From an uncultured Clostridia bacterium (lineage in GTDB: Bacteria > Bacillota > Clostridia > TANB77 > CAG-508), in assembly GCA_944392665.1 (NCBI GenBank), contig CALXXJ010000001.1, positions 10,350-74,349 of the forward strand: 64,000 nucleotides of DNA, read 5' to 3'. The notes beneath the pieces are model-generated. The model was not told the DNA's origin. It did no database searches and saw nothing but the letters and a program-made list of their open reading frames with translations. This document shows positions 49,986-60,041 of this stretch, in pieces (the stretch's first letter is position 1; each line of letters starts with the position of its first letter). A program made the position numbers and the translations under genes.

Positions 49986-51278
49986 ATGATAGATATTAAA
50001 TTTTTAAGAGAACATCCTGATGTTGTAAAAGAAAATATTAAGAAAAAGTTTCAAGATCATAAATTAGTAATGGTTGATGAAGTAATTGAATTAGACAAGA
50101 AGAATAGAGAAGCTCAACTTGTTGGTGATAATTTAAGAGCTGAAAGAAAAACTTTAAGTTCTCAAATCGGAGAATTGATGAAAGCTGGTAAAAAAGAAGA
50201 AGCTGAAAAAATCAAAGCACAAGTTCAAGAAATTAACGCTAAACTTGAAGAAAATGAAAAACTAGAAAATGAATATGCTGAAGAGATAAAAACAAGAATG
50301 ATGAAAATACCAAACATCATGCATGAATCTGTTCCTATTGGAAAAGATGATTCTGAAAATGTAGAAGTTGAAAAATTTGGAGAACCAGTTGTTCCTGATT
50401 ATGAAATACCTTTTCATGGTGAAATATTAGAAAACTTAGGTGGTTTAGATTTAGATAGTGCTAGACGTGTTTCTGGTAATGGATTTTATTATTTAATGGG
50501 TGATGTTGCAAGACTTCATTCTGCTGTTTTAACTTATGCTAGGGATTTTATGATTAATAAAGGATTTACCTATTGCATTCCACCATTTATGATAAGAAGT
50601 GATGTTGTAACTGGTGTTATGAGTTTTGAGGAAATGGATGCCATGATGTATAAAATTGAAGGAGAAGATTTATATCTAATTGGTACTTCTGAACATTCTA
50701 TGATTGGTAAATTTAAAGATCAAATTTTAAGAAAAGAAGACATGCCATATACGATGACTTCATACTCTCCTTGCTTCAGAAAAGAAAAAGGTGCTCATGG
50801 AATAGAAGAACGTGGTGTATATAGAATTCACCAATTCGAAAAACAAGAAATGATTGTTGTTTGTGAACCTGAAGATAGTTGGAATTGGTATGATAAGATG
50901 TGGTCATATACAGTTGAATTCTTTAGAAGTATGAATATTCCAGTAAGAACCTTAGAATGTTGTAGTGGAGATTTAGCTGATTTAAAAGCAAAATCTTGTG
51001 ATGTTGAAGCCTGGTCTCCTAGACAACAAAAATATTTTGAAGTAGGAAGCTGTTCAAATTTAACAGATGCACAAGCAAGACGTTTAGGTATAAGAATTAA
51101 AGGTGAAAAAGGAAATTATTTTGCACATACTTTAAACAATACAGTTGTTGCTCCACCTCGTATGTTAATTTCTATCATGGAAAATAATTATCAACCAGAT
51201 GGTAGTGTGATTGTTCCAGAAGTATTAAGACCATATATGGGTGGACTTGAAAAAATTGAACCTAAGAAGAACAAATAA
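49986..51278 (+). CDS. serS: Serine--tRNA ligase
   Basis: MIDIKFLR, LIGTSEH, CFRKE, RIHQFEKQEM, EVGSCSN, HTLNNT; ATG at 49986 after AGGAGG. Confidence 0.95.
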   Translation: MIDIKFLREHPDVVKENIKKKFQDHKLVMVDEVIELDKKNREAQLVGDNLRAERKTLSSQIGELMKAGKKEEAEKIKAQVQEINAKLEENEKLENEYAEEIKTRMMKIPNIMHESVPIGKDDSENVEVEKFGEPVVPDYEIPFHGEILENLGGLDLDSARRVSGNGFYYLMGDVARLHSAVLTYARDFMINKGFTYCIPPFMIRSDVVTGVMSFEEMDAMMYKIEGEDLYLIGTSEHSMIGKFKDQILRKEDMPYTMTSYSPCFRKEKGAHGIEERGVYRIHQFEKQEMIVVCEPEDSWNWYDKMWSYTVEFFRSMNIPVRTLECCSGDLADLKAKSCDVEAWSPRQQKYFEVGSCSNLTDAQARRLGIRIKGEKGNYFAHTLNNTVVAPPRMLISIMENNYQPDGSVIVPEVLRPYMGGLEKIEPKKNK

Positions 51279-51341
51279 TACTTGAAAAAAGATTTATATT
51301 TTATGTTTTTAATTTTATAATATATATACTATAAGGAAGGC

Positions 51342-51429
51342 GTGCGTTAACGAAATCAAAGATTTCGACGCACAGATGTGAAGACTGCTTCGCAGTACTT
51401 CACGAATATAAGAAGCCTAACCTTGTTGT
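51342..51429. repeat. Two-hairpin structured intergenic element related to 3641-3697
   Basis: gtgcgt-taa-cgaaatc-aaa-gatttcg-acgcac; gtgaag-actgc-ttc-gcagt-a-cttcac; ends aaccttgttgt. Confidence 0.55.
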
Positions 51430-51523
51430 ATACGGAAAAATCCACATAGGGTCAAAATAAAAGCCGATTTTTCCTATACAATAAAAAATTTAATAAATAT
51501 TTTAAAAGGAGAAGAAGAAGAAA

Positions 51524-52879
51524 ATGATGAATAAAAATATAACAATAATTGTTGGCGCTAAATGGGGCGATGAAGGAAAAGGAAAAATAGCTGCAATAGA
51601 AGCACAAAATGCAAAATTAGTTATTAGAGCAACTGGTGGAAGTAATGCTGGACATACTGTTATTTATAAAGAACAAAAATTACCATTACACTTAGTTCCA
51701 GGAGGAATTGCTTATCCTCAAACTACTTGTATTATTGGACCTGGTGTTGTACTTGATTTGGAAGTATTATTTGAAGAAATCGCATTTTTAAAGAAATGTG
51801 GTATTCCAGATATTGAATCAAGATTAAAAATTAGTGGACGTACACATGTTACACTTCCTTATCATAAAGATTTAGATGGTTTATATGAATCTTTAAAGAA
51901 TAAACCTGTCGGAACAACCAAAAGAGGAATTGGGCCAACTTATGCAGATAAAAGTAATCGTATTGGTATCAGAATGTATGACCTACTTCTTCCAGAAGAT
52001 GAATTGATTCATAAAATCGAAGAAGCTACAAAAGTTCATAATCAAGTTTTCAAAGCAAACAATATGGAAAACTGTGTTGTTGATTGTCAAAAATTAGGTA
52101 AACAATATCATGAATATGGAGAAACCTTAAAAAATTATATTACAGATATTGAACCTTTAATTTTCAATAGTATTAAGAATAATGAAAAAATCGTTGTAGA
52201 AGGTGCTCAAGCTTTCCGTTTAGACTTAGATCATGGAGATTACCCAATGGTTACAAGTTCACACCCAGTTGTTTCTGGAACACTTTGTGGAGCAGCTCTA
52301 CCAGCACAAGCTTTAAATGTTGTTATTGGTGTTGATAAAGCATATAATAGTAGAGTTGGTAATGGTCCATTTCCTACCGAATTACCTGCTTCAATTGATG
52401 AAAATGGAAATGTCATAAAAGATACCACTCCTTTAGAAGGTGATATTATTCGTGATTTAGGTCATGAATATGGTACAACAACTGGTCGTCCTCGTAGATG
52501 TGGATGGATGGACTGCCCTATTCTTTGTTCTGCTAAATATACATCTGGTATCGATTATTTATGTTTAAATCATTTAGATACTTTAGGAGAAATTGGTAAA
52601 AAATTAGGATATGTTAAAGTTTGCACAAGTTATATGTATAAGGGTGAAAAAATTCATCATTATCCTGACGATATCATGGTGACAGGTGAAATTCCTGAAC
52701 CAGTTTATGAAACTTTAGAAGGTGGATGGACAATTGATAGTTCTTGTAAAAAATACGAAGATCTTCCAGAACTTGCAAAGAAATTTGTTGAAATTGTAGA
52801 AAAAGCTTCTGGTATTCCTGTTAAATACATAGGAACTGGTCCTGCAAGTGATGATTTAATTGTAAGAGAAGATATTTAA
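51524..52879 (+). CDS. purA: Adenylosuccinate synthetase
   Basis: GAKWGDEGKGK, NAGHT, GTTKRGIGPTY, EGAQ, GTTTGRPRRCGW. Confidence 0.95.
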   Translation: MMNKNITIIVGAKWGDEGKGKIAAIEAQNAKLVIRATGGSNAGHTVIYKEQKLPLHLVPGGIAYPQTTCIIGPGVVLDLEVLFEEIAFLKKCGIPDIESRLKISGRTHVTLPYHKDLDGLYESLKNKPVGTTKRGIGPTYADKSNRIGIRMYDLLLPEDELIHKIEEATKVHNQVFKANNMENCVVDCQKLGKQYHEYGETLKNYITDIEPLIFNSIKNNEKIVVEGAQAFRLDLDHGDYPMVTSSHPVVSGTLCGAALPAQALNVVIGVDKAYNSRVGNGPFPTELPASIDENGNVIKDTTPLEGDIIRDLGHEYGTTTGRPRRCGWMDCPILCSAKYTSGIDYLCLNHLDTLGEIGKKLGYVKVCTSYMYKGEKIHHYPDDIMVTGEIPEPVYETLEGGWTIDSSCKKYEDLPELAKKFVEIVEKASGIPVKYIGTGPASDDLIVREDI

Positions 52880-52885
52880 TTATTG

Positions 52886-52914
52886 CAAGAGAGCTTATGC
52901 TCTCTTGTTTTTTT
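52886..52914 (+). terminator. Rho-independent terminator of purA
   Basis: caagagagc-ttat-gctctcttg followed by a T tract. Confidence 0.85.
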
Positions 52915-53030
52915 GTGGTAGTTTTCCCTATAGAAAATTTGATTTTGCTAATACTCTTTTCTTATTTGAAAAAAACAAAAAAATATGTTAAAATATGAAA
53001 ATATAAATACGAATAAGGAGAATTTTGATT

Positions 53031-53618
53031 ATGAATATAAAAAATCCAAAATTTGAAATATCTGCAGTTGGTCCAAAACAATATCCTAATAATCATTTAC
53101 CTGAAATTGTTTTGGTTGGAAAATCTAATGTCGGAAAATCTAGTTTTGTCAATACGATGATAAACAGAAAAAAACTAGCTAGAACCAGTAGTGAACCTGG
53201 AAAAACCCGTCAAATCAATTTCTATAATATGGATGATATCTTTTATTTTGTAGACTTACCTGGATATGGATATAGCAAAATGTCTAAAAAAGAACAAGAA
53301 CAAGTAGGAAAATTTATAGAACAATATTTATTTCATAGAAAAGAAATTGCATTAATTATCTTTTTGATAGATATACGTCATTCCCCTACTTCTAATGATA
53401 GACTTATGTATAACTATATCATTTCTTCTGGATTACCTTGTTTAATTCTTGCTAATAAAGCAGACAAAATTGCAATTACAAAAGTAGATGATACTGTAAA
53501 AGCATTGCAAAAAGAATTAAATCCTATTGGAGATATTCCTACTTTACCTTTTTCTTCTGAAAGAAAAATTTATAAAGATGATGTTTGGAATTTTATAGAA
53601 CAACATTTAGAAATGTAA
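53031..53618 (+). CDS. engB: Ribosome biogenesis GTPase EngB/YsxC
   Basis: GKSNVGKSS, PGKTRQIN, DLPGYG, NKADK. Confidence 0.93.
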   Translation: MNIKNPKFEISAVGPKQYPNNHLPEIVLVGKSNVGKSSFVNTMINRKKLARTSSEPGKTRQINFYNMDDIFYFVDLPGYGYSKMSKKEQEQVGKFIEQYLFHRKEIALIIFLIDIRHSPTSNDRLMYNYIISSGLPCLILANKADKIAITKVDDTVKALQKELNPIGDIPTLPFSSERKIYKDDVWNFIEQHLEM

Positions 53619-53631
53619 ACATTCCACAAAA

Positions 53632-53660
53632 AATAGGTATCTAGATTTTAGATACCTATT
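53632..53660. terminator. Bidirectional hairpin between convergent engB and DUF951 genes
   Basis: aataggtatcta-gattt-tagatacctatt. Confidence 0.7.
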
Positions 53661-53680
53661 CATTCTTTTAGTAACAACTT

Positions 53681-53869
53681 TTACATTTCATTTCTTTTTT
53701 CTAATTTTGTTATCACTTTTAAAGCTTTTTCTCTTGGAATTGTTACCACATGTCCGCATCCTTCACACTTTAGCTTGAAATCTACTCCTATTCTTGTAAT
53801 TTCCCATAATTTACTTCCACAAGGGTGTACTTTTTTGGTTCTTACAATATCCCCTATTTTATACTCCAT
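53681..53869 (-). CDS. DUF951 domain protein
   Basis: GDIVRTKKVHPCGS..WEITRIGVDFKLKCEGCGH; ATG at 53869 after AGGAG. Confidence 0.9.
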   Translation of the reverse strand: MEYKIGDIVRTKKVHPCGSKLWEITRIGVDFKLKCEGCGHVVTIPREKALKVITKLEKRNEM

Positions 53870-53891
53870 TTTTATCTCCTTCTTTATTAAG

Positions 53892-53919
53892 GAAATTGGG
53901 GACAATTGTCCCCAATTTC
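53892..53919. repeat. Perfect 28-bp palindrome with GGGGAC core
   Basis: gaaattggggacaa|ttgtccccaatttc. Confidence 0.75.
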
Positions 53920-53925
53920 TCCTTT

Positions 53926-55575
53926 TTATTTCTTTGCTACTGCAAATCTTTTTTCTATACTTTCTTTTCCTAATACTTGCATAATTTCGTACATGTCTGG
54001 AGTATTTGTTCTTCCTGTTAATGCTACTCTTAGTACTGTGCTAACATCTCCTACATGTGCTTTATAGGCATCTGGATTTGCTTTATATTCTTTTACTTCT
54101 TTTGCATATCCTAGTTCTCCTGCTAATTCTTTTATTTTATCAAACCATTGTTGCTTATCATCATTTTCATCATAGTATTTTTCCATATACAAATTCAATA
54201 TTTTATCTACATCTTCTTTTTCATTAATAACTTGATATGGATATTCTTGTTCTTTTGCTAAGAATTTGTCATCATACATATATTCTATGTTTTCTTTTAC
54301 ATCTGACCATTTTGCAATATCTTTTCTAGGCTTTTTGTTTCCTCTTTCAATTCCAAATATTTTTAAAGCATAGTCTTTATCTTGTAACATCTCTTCTAAT
54401 TCTTTGTCATATGTTTTTGCCCAGTTAAATGCGTTTTCATATACTTCTTCTGCGGTAAATTTAGAGATAACTGTTTTTCCTACATCTAACAATTTTACCA
54501 TATCAAATAAAGCACCACTAACACTCATCTTGTTTAATTGTAATTCAAATTCATCAATTGATTTATCTTTATTTGCTCTTCTCCAATTTTCAAAATTAGA
54601 ATTGGCAATATTTAATAGATATTCATTCACTGCTTCTTTTGGAATTCCCATTTCATCATAATAAGATACAGCTGCTTCTGGGTCTTTTCTTTTACTTAAT
54701 TTTCTCTTATTTCCATTATCATTTTTCATGATAGGTGCAATATGTGCATATTTAGGAGCTTTAAATCCTAATTCATGGAATAATTGTAAATGTAATGGAA
54801 CTGATGATAACCATTCATCTCCTCTGATAACATGTGTTGTTCTCATTAGATGATCATCTACTGCATGTGCAAAATGATATGTTGGCAATCCATCTGCTTT
54901 TATGATAACAATATCTTGGTCGTTCTCAGGAAAGTCCACATTTCCTTTTATCACATCATGATGTTTAATTTTTCTATCTTCACGTCCAGGTGATTTAAAA
55001 CGAACAATATATTTTTCTCCATTATTTATCTTTTTAATTGCCTCTTCTACTGTTATATTTCTACATTTTGCCCAAACACCATAATATCCTGGTCTGATTT
55101 TGGCTGCTTCTTGTTTTTCTCTCATTTCTTCCAATTCTTCTGGTGTACAGAAACATGGATAAGCTTTTCCTTGCTCAATTAAAAATTTTGCATAACTTTG
55201 ATAAATCTCTTTTCTCATAGATTGTCTATATGGTCCATAATTTCCTTTTCCTTCTGTTTCTGAAATCATTCCCTCATCAGGTTCTATTCCAAATCTATCC
55301 AAAGATTGCACAATATCTGTTATTCCATTTTCTACTTCTCTTTTTTGATCTGTATCTTCAATTCTTAATAAAAATACACCTTCTGTTTGGTTAGCCAATT
55401 TTCTAGCAATCAAAGATTGATATAATCCTCCTATATGTACAAATCCTGTTGGACTTGGTGCAAATCTTGTTACGATAGCTCCTTCTTTTAAATTTCTTTC
55501 TGGATATTTTTCCTCATAATATGTGATGTCCTTTGCTTCTGGAAATATTGCATTTGCTAAATCTTTATAATCCAT
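53926..55575 (-). CDS. gltX: Glutamate--tRNA ligase
   Basis: TRFAPSPTGFVHIG, LRIEDTDQ, THVIRGDEW, KLSKR. Confidence 0.95.
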   Translation of the reverse strand: MDYKDLANAIFPEAKDITYYEEKYPERNLKEGAIVTRFAPSPTGFVHIGGLYQSLIARKLANQTEGVFLLRIEDTDQKREVENGITDIVQSLDRFGIEPDEGMISETEGKGNYGPYRQSMRKEIYQSYAKFLIEQGKAYPCFCTPEELEEMREKQEAAKIRPGYYGVWAKCRNITVEEAIKKINNGEKYIVRFKSPGREDRKIKHHDVIKGNVDFPENDQDIVIIKADGLPTYHFAHAVDDHLMRTTHVIRGDEWLSSVPLHLQLFHELGFKAPKYAHIAPIMKNDNGNKRKLSKRKDPEAAVSYYDEMGIPKEAVNEYLLNIANSNFENWRRANKDKSIDEFELQLNKMSVSGALFDMVKLLDVGKTVISKFTAEEVYENAFNWAKTYDKELEEMLQDKDYALKIFGIERGNKKPRKDIAKWSDVKENIEYMYDDKFLAKEQEYPYQVINEKEDVDKILNLYMEKYYDENDDKQQWFDKIKELAGELGYAKEVKEYKANPDAYKAHVGDVSTVLRVALTGRTNTPDMYEIMQVLGKESIEKRFAVAKK

Positions 55576-55576
55576 C

Positions 55577-55810
55577 TTATCTTTCCTCTCTTTCTATTTT
55601 TATTGTATTTCTTGTTCCTTTACTTACTGTATTATTTTCTTGTTTTGCTTGGTTTAACTCTGTTATCAATCGAAATAAATTCTCGCTAGTAAATTTCGTT
55701 CTTTCTTCTATTGGCATTTCTTTTTTTATCATTCTTTTAATTTCATTTAAAGGTTTATCTCTATTATTTAGAATAATTTTAATTGCTTTATTTCTTTCTT
55801 CTCTTGTCAA
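55577..55810 (-). CDS. Small hypothetical protein
   Basis: 77-aa charged helical ORF, TTG start, tightly coupled to gltX. Confidence 0.5.
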   Translation of the reverse strand: MTREERNKAIKIILNNRDKPLNEIKRMIKKEMPIEERTKFTSENLFRLITELNQAKQENNTVSKGTRNTIKIEREER

Positions 55811-55929
55811 TACAAATCCCTAACCTTTCTAAATCGCTTTATTATAGCTTTCTTTATGTCAAACATTATACTATATTTTTACATATTTCTCAAGTCCTTT
55901 TCTTTACTTTATGAATGCTTTTCTAGAAC

Positions 55930-56808
55930 TTAATCTTTCTGTGTCTTTGATTGTGAATGCATTTTATTTAATACTTTAACCGTTTTAAACATTTTAGAAC
56001 TTCTAAAGTTTTTTATAACATCTGGTATATGGGACATATATATACCTAAAATAATACATAACACACATAAAATTGTTTCTATTAGTGTCATTCCTTGTGG
56101 CAAAAGAACAAATATAGAGCCAATAGTAAATCCAATAATACTGTAAAAAGTTTTAGCATAATAGTTTTCTAATAGCTTTTTCGTTAATTTCATCACAATA
56201 ATACTTCCTAATATTAGTCCAATTCCAAGAGGAATTAATACAGGTAAATATAGATTGGCAACAGATTGTAAATACACAGAATATACACCTAGTAACATTA
56301 AAATAATGGTACTACTAACACCTGGTACAACGATACCAATAGACATAATTGCTCCACACATTACCAAATACATAATATTCATGCCATCTATATTGCTAAC
56401 TATACTCATTCTATTTTCCAATACCACTGTTATAATCCCTATTGCTAATGCTATCAACAAATAGACAACATTTTGGGATTTAAATTTTTCTTTTTCATTT
56501 ACCTCTTTTATTAAAGATGGAATTGTACCTATAATTAATCCAATAAATATAGATTTTGTTTGTATAGGAAATTCATATAACAAGTAATTTAATATATTAC
56601 TAAATAATAAAACACCTATTCCAACACCTAAAGCAATAGGAAATAAAAATTTTATATTATGCCTTATATCTTTAAAAAAATTTAAAACAGAATCTAACAA
56701 TTTTTCATAAATACCAAATATCACACATAATACGCCACTACTGACACCTGGCACAATTGCTCCAGCACCAATAAAAATGCCTTTTACCATATTCAAAAAT
56801 CCATTCAT
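55930..56808 (-). CDS. DUF368 membrane protein (putative undecaprenyl phosphate translocase family)
   Basis: KGIFIGAGAIVPGVSSG and IVVPGVSSTIILMLLG internal repeat. Confidence 0.85.
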   Translation of the reverse strand: MNGFLNMVKGIFIGAGAIVPGVSSGVLCVIFGIYEKLLDSVLNFFKDIRHNIKFLFPIALGVGIGVLLFSNILNYLLYEFPIQTKSIFIGLIIGTIPSLIKEVNEKEKFKSQNVVYLLIALAIGIITVVLENRMSIVSNIDGMNIMYLVMCGAIMSIGIVVPGVSSTIILMLLGVYSVYLQSVANLYLPVLIPLGIGLILGSIIVMKLTKKLLENYYAKTFYSIIGFTIGSIFVLLPQGMTLIETILCVLCIILGIYMSHIPDVIKNFRSSKMFKTVKVLNKMHSQSKTQKD

Positions 56809-56825
56809 AAATATTCTCCTTCTTA

Positions 56826-56852
56826 AACTTTAGGGACAGTCCTAAAAGTTCA
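56826..56852. repeat. Left 27-bp inverted repeat flanking the TA module
   Basis: aactttagggacagtcctaaaagttca, exact reverse complement of 57851-57877. Confidence 0.9.
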
Positions 56853-57067
56853 TTCTAGTCTCCCTTTTATTTTATGAATTTCTTTTTGTTTCATTCATTT
56901 AAAAGATATTTTTTAATTATTAAGTATGTTTATTTAAAAATAATATTATATTCTTGACTATAAATTATGTATCATTTTGAAATTTTTAGATTTTAATTTT
57001 TGAATTCATAAAAATTTTCTGCTTATTAGATTTAGATTCAAACTTAACTTAATTTAATTTTATTTGA

Positions 57068-57386
57068 TTAAAATTTATTCATATAATTTTGCGTACTATG
57101 AAAAATATGTAAAATAAAGACTTGTCCGAGTATCGTAATTTACTGTATATAAAATAATATATTTATCGATTGGAATTCTTCTAATATTTTTATCATAACC
57201 TATTTTTTGATACCTTTCTGGAAAATAGGATAAGCTAGATATTACTTGATAGACTTTTTTATGGAAATTATTAGCTATGGAAGGTTCTTTTAATATTTTA
57301 GATAAATAATAGTAAATCTGGCTTAATTCGTCTTTAAAACTATCAAGCCATTCAATCTTATACTTTCTATTCTCTAGAGAATCCAT
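57068..57386 (-). CDS. RelE/ParE family toxin with an apparent +1 frameshift at CGG 57128
   Basis: YKIEW..FKDEL..IY.Y, FPERY, RRIPIDKYIILY; the canonical VFILHIFH.TQNY tail is in the +1 frame (zero-frame stop at 57096). Confidence 0.8.
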
Positions 57387-57723
57387 ATTTTTTCTCCAAT
57401 TCCTCCATAGCTTCTTCCATTGAAACATAATGTCCTTCTTCAATATCTTTAAATGATTCTTCAATTTTCCTAATAATATCTTTTTGAAACTCCTCAAAAG
57501 TAGCATATTGTTTATCAAAATGTTCTGATACCAATCTATCAATTCTTTCTTCTTCTGTTTCTTCTAATCCTTTTGTTAGCTCTTCATATGCTTCATCACT
57601 TAAAATGACTAAATCATTGGTTCCATTTTTTGTAATATACATTGGTTCTTTTGTTTCATGACATATTTTCGAAATTTCATTGTAATTATTTCTTAAATCT
57701 GCACATGGTCTAATCAATGCCAT
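57367..57723 (-). CDS. Phd/YefM family antitoxin
   Basis: IRPCADLRNNYNEISKIC..EPMYITKNG..DLVILS..YE; overlaps the toxin start. Confidence 0.9.
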   Translation of the reverse strand: MALIRPCADLRNNYNEISKICHETKEPMYITKNGTNDLVILSDEAYEELTKGLEETEEERIDRLVSEHFDKQYATFEEFQKDIIRKIEESFKDIEEGHYVSMEEAMEELEKKYGFSRE

Positions 57724-57850
57724 AAGAGCACCTCCTTATCTCGTATACAAATTATATCATAATTATGATATAATTCAAGCTATATTAACAAATTTTTAAT
57801 TTTATTAAATTTTTAGTCACTATTAGGTTCAAATGCTATTTATAAAATTT

Positions 57851-57877
57851 TGAACTTTTAGGACTGTCCCTAAAGTT
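57851..57877. repeat. Right 27-bp inverted repeat flanking the TA module
   Basis: tgaacttttaggactgtccctaaagtt. Confidence 0.9.
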
Positions 57878-58019
57878 CAATAACTATTTTCTAATGGTCA
57901 TGCACTTTTATTGTTCTCAAACATATAATTTGTTATGCGAGATTTTAATGCACATTGAAATCTATTTTATTGCTTATACATTTAAAATTTTCTTATTTTA
58001 TATATTTGGAGGTGCCTAT

Positions 58020-58733
58020 ATGTTTTCTGCACTTTGTATGTCTGGTATTTTAGGATTTATCGAATTTCTAAAATCTTCTGTGTTTTTAGTTGGATATATT
58101 TCTAGTAGTAATATATTCCCTGAACCGTTGACATCTGAAGAAGAAAAAATGTATTTGATACAAATGAAAAATGGTGATGAGGAAGCCAGAAATATCTTAA
58201 TTGAAAGAAATCTAAGATTGGTTGCCCACATTAGCAAAAAATATTCAACCACGAATGTTGATCAAGATGATTTAATTTCGATTGGTACCATTGGATTAAT
58301 AAAAGGTATTAATAGTTTTAATGTTGATAAAGGTTCTAAACTTTCTACATATGTTTCTAGATGTATTGATAATGAAATTTTAATGCATTTGAGAGCAACT
58401 AAAAAGTTAGGTGCTGAAGTGTATTTAAATGAACCTATTGGAAAAGACAAAGATGATAATGTAATTACCCTACAAGAAATTTTAGAAAATGATGAAAGAA
58501 ATATTGAAGATACAGTTGATATTAAAATGAAAATTAAATTATTATATGAGAAAATGAAATCTATTTTAAAAGATAGAGAAAAAACAATTTTGGAACTTCG
58601 TTTTGGTTTAGGTGGTCACAAGCCAAAAACACAACATGAAATTGCAAGAATGATGGGGATTTCTCGTTCCTATGTTTCTAGAATTGAAACAAAAGCGATT
58701 GGAAAATTGTCAAAAGAATTTAAAAATTTGTAG
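58020..58733 (+). CDS. sigK: Sporulation sigma factor SigK (pro-form, uninterrupted)
   Basis: GYI...FPEPL, LIERNLRLVAHISKKY, DLISIGTIGLIK, TYVSRCIDNEILM, ISRSYVSRIE; ATG 58020 after GGAGGTG. Confidence 0.9.
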   Translation: MFSALCMSGILGFIEFLKSSVFLVGYISSSNIFPEPLTSEEEKMYLIQMKNGDEEARNILIERNLRLVAHISKKYSTTNVDQDDLISIGTIGLIKGINSFNVDKGSKLSTYVSRCIDNEILMHLRATKKLGAEVYLNEPIGKDKDDNVITLQEILENDERNIEDTVDIKMKIKLLYEKMKSILKDREKTILELRFGLGGHKPKTQHEIARMMGISRSYVSRIETKAIGKLSKEFKNL

Positions 58734-58980
58734 ATTTTTCTGTTATTAATTTTACTTTTTACCATTTCATTATCATTTTTTACAAATTTTTATAATTTTT
58801 TTATGTATTTTCTCTCATTTTTTACACAAAATATCTATAAATTGTATAAAAAATTAATTAATATAATGAATAAATCTACTTAATGTTTACAAAAATATAA
58901 ACTTTTTTTGAAAATTTTTACAAGTTTTTTAATTTATTTTTACTTATATGTGCTATTTTCATTGCTTTTTTATTACTTTT

Positions 58981-59073
58981 TTACAAAAATATTACATTTT
59001 TATTACAAAAACTGTTGACATTTGTAATTTTTTATTCTACAATTAACTTGTAGTAGTTAAAAAACTACAAGTT
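58981..59073 (+). promoter_or_regulatory. SigmaA promoter with upstream triple TTACA repeat and downstream 10-9-10 palindrome
   Basis: TTACA at 58981, 58992, 59003; TTGACA 59015, 17 bp, TACAAT 59038; aacttgtagt-N9-actacaagtt 59045-59073. Confidence 0.75.
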
Positions 59074-59121
59074 TTGCTAAAGATTTTTATGATTTACGAT
59101 AGATAAAAGGAGTGATATACA

Positions 59122-59289
59122 ATGGATATGGAAAGGGAAATTTACCCAAAATCGAATTGTTTAGCTTTAACAGTTAGAAAAGAACATAGATTAGTTTGTA
59201 TTAATAGGGCTGCTAGAAAAACAATTAGAGTTTCTTGGAAAACTTTATTATATGCTCTATTCTTAACAGTTGCCAATATTTTTGTTTAG
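59122..59289 (+). CDS. Small 55-aa protein with hydrophobic C-terminus (not in the ORF track)
   Basis: AAGGAGTG RBS; MDMEREIYPKSNCLALTVRKEHRLVCINRAARKTIRVSWKTLLYALFLTVANIFV; own promoter and terminator. Confidence 0.7.
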   Translation: MDMEREIYPKSNCLALTVRKEHRLVCINRAARKTIRVSWKTLLYALFLTVANIFV

Positions 59290-59314
59290 AATTTGAATAT
59301 AATATATATATATC

Positions 59315-59346
59315 AAAAACCTCAGAATTAAATCTGAGGTTTTTTT
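59315..59346. terminator. Bidirectional terminator
   Basis: aaaaacctcaga-attaaa-tctgaggttttttt. Confidence 0.85.
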
Positions 59347-59393
59347 ATGAATTTTATTAGAAATAGTACATCACAAGTTAACCAAATCTCTTC

Positions 59394-60020
59394 TTAAAAT
59401 TGATTCAAAGCAGTAGAAACACTATCAATTCCTGGAAATATTAAATCTCTCAAGTCATCATTGACAACAATTTTCCAATTGTCATCTTTGCTAAGAGTTA
59501 TCTTTTTTAATATTGTTTTAGAACTATTTTCCTCATCAATTGCTTCTTCTAATTTTTGTATTGCTAAATCATTTGAAATAATAGTTCCTTTTTCTTTCTC
59601 TTTTAATATTTCCTTAATCCATGTTGTAATAATATTCGCAAAATTTTTATTTGTCATTTCTACGATTATTGTGGCTTGATTATCTTGAATTTCTACATTT
59701 TCAATATTCCATTTAAGATTTTCAAATAACTTTTTCTCTAAATCGGTCATTTGTGTAGTATTTTGATCTAATAACATTTCATCTAAACTGCTAATTAATT
59801 TCTCGTAATCTATATATTTACTTGCTTCTTCTCTATTTGAATTCTTTAATGCTGTAAATAAACTTTCTATATATTTTTCAGGCTCTGTTTTTGAATTTGT
59901 ATGATTATTTATAAATATAACAATGCAAGTAATTATTAAAATGATAACAATTAATATTCCTATCATTTTGATATTTATTTTTTTCTTTTTGGCATACTTT
60001 CCACTTGAATGTTTTCCCAC
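59394..60020 (-). CDS. Membrane-anchored protein with NTF2-like (DUF4878/DUF5105-like) ectodomain
   Basis: Basic N-terminus, one TM, then PEKYIESLFTALK, WNIENVEIQDNQATIIVEM, WKIV. Confidence 0.6.
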   Translation of the reverse strand: MGKHSSGKYAKKKKINIKMIGILIVIILIITCIVIFINNHTNSKTEPEKYIESLFTALKNSNREEASKYIDYEKLISSLDEMLLDQNTTQMTDLEKKLFENLKWNIENVEIQDNQATIIVEMTNKNFANIITTWIKEILKEKEKGTIISNDLAIQKLEEAIDEENSSKTILKKITLSKDDNWKIVVNDDLRDLIFPGIDSVSTALNQF

Positions 60021-60041
60021 TTTATCCCCCTAATTTAAAAC

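Noticed and set aside
51300-51523. Possible purine riboswitch upstream of purA
   Set aside because: The hairpins lack the purine aptamer core (UAUAA...AUAUGG...UUUCUACC...CCGUAAA) and instead resemble the element at 3641.
58020-58733. skin-like element interrupting sigK
   Set aside because: The reading frame is continuous and full length.
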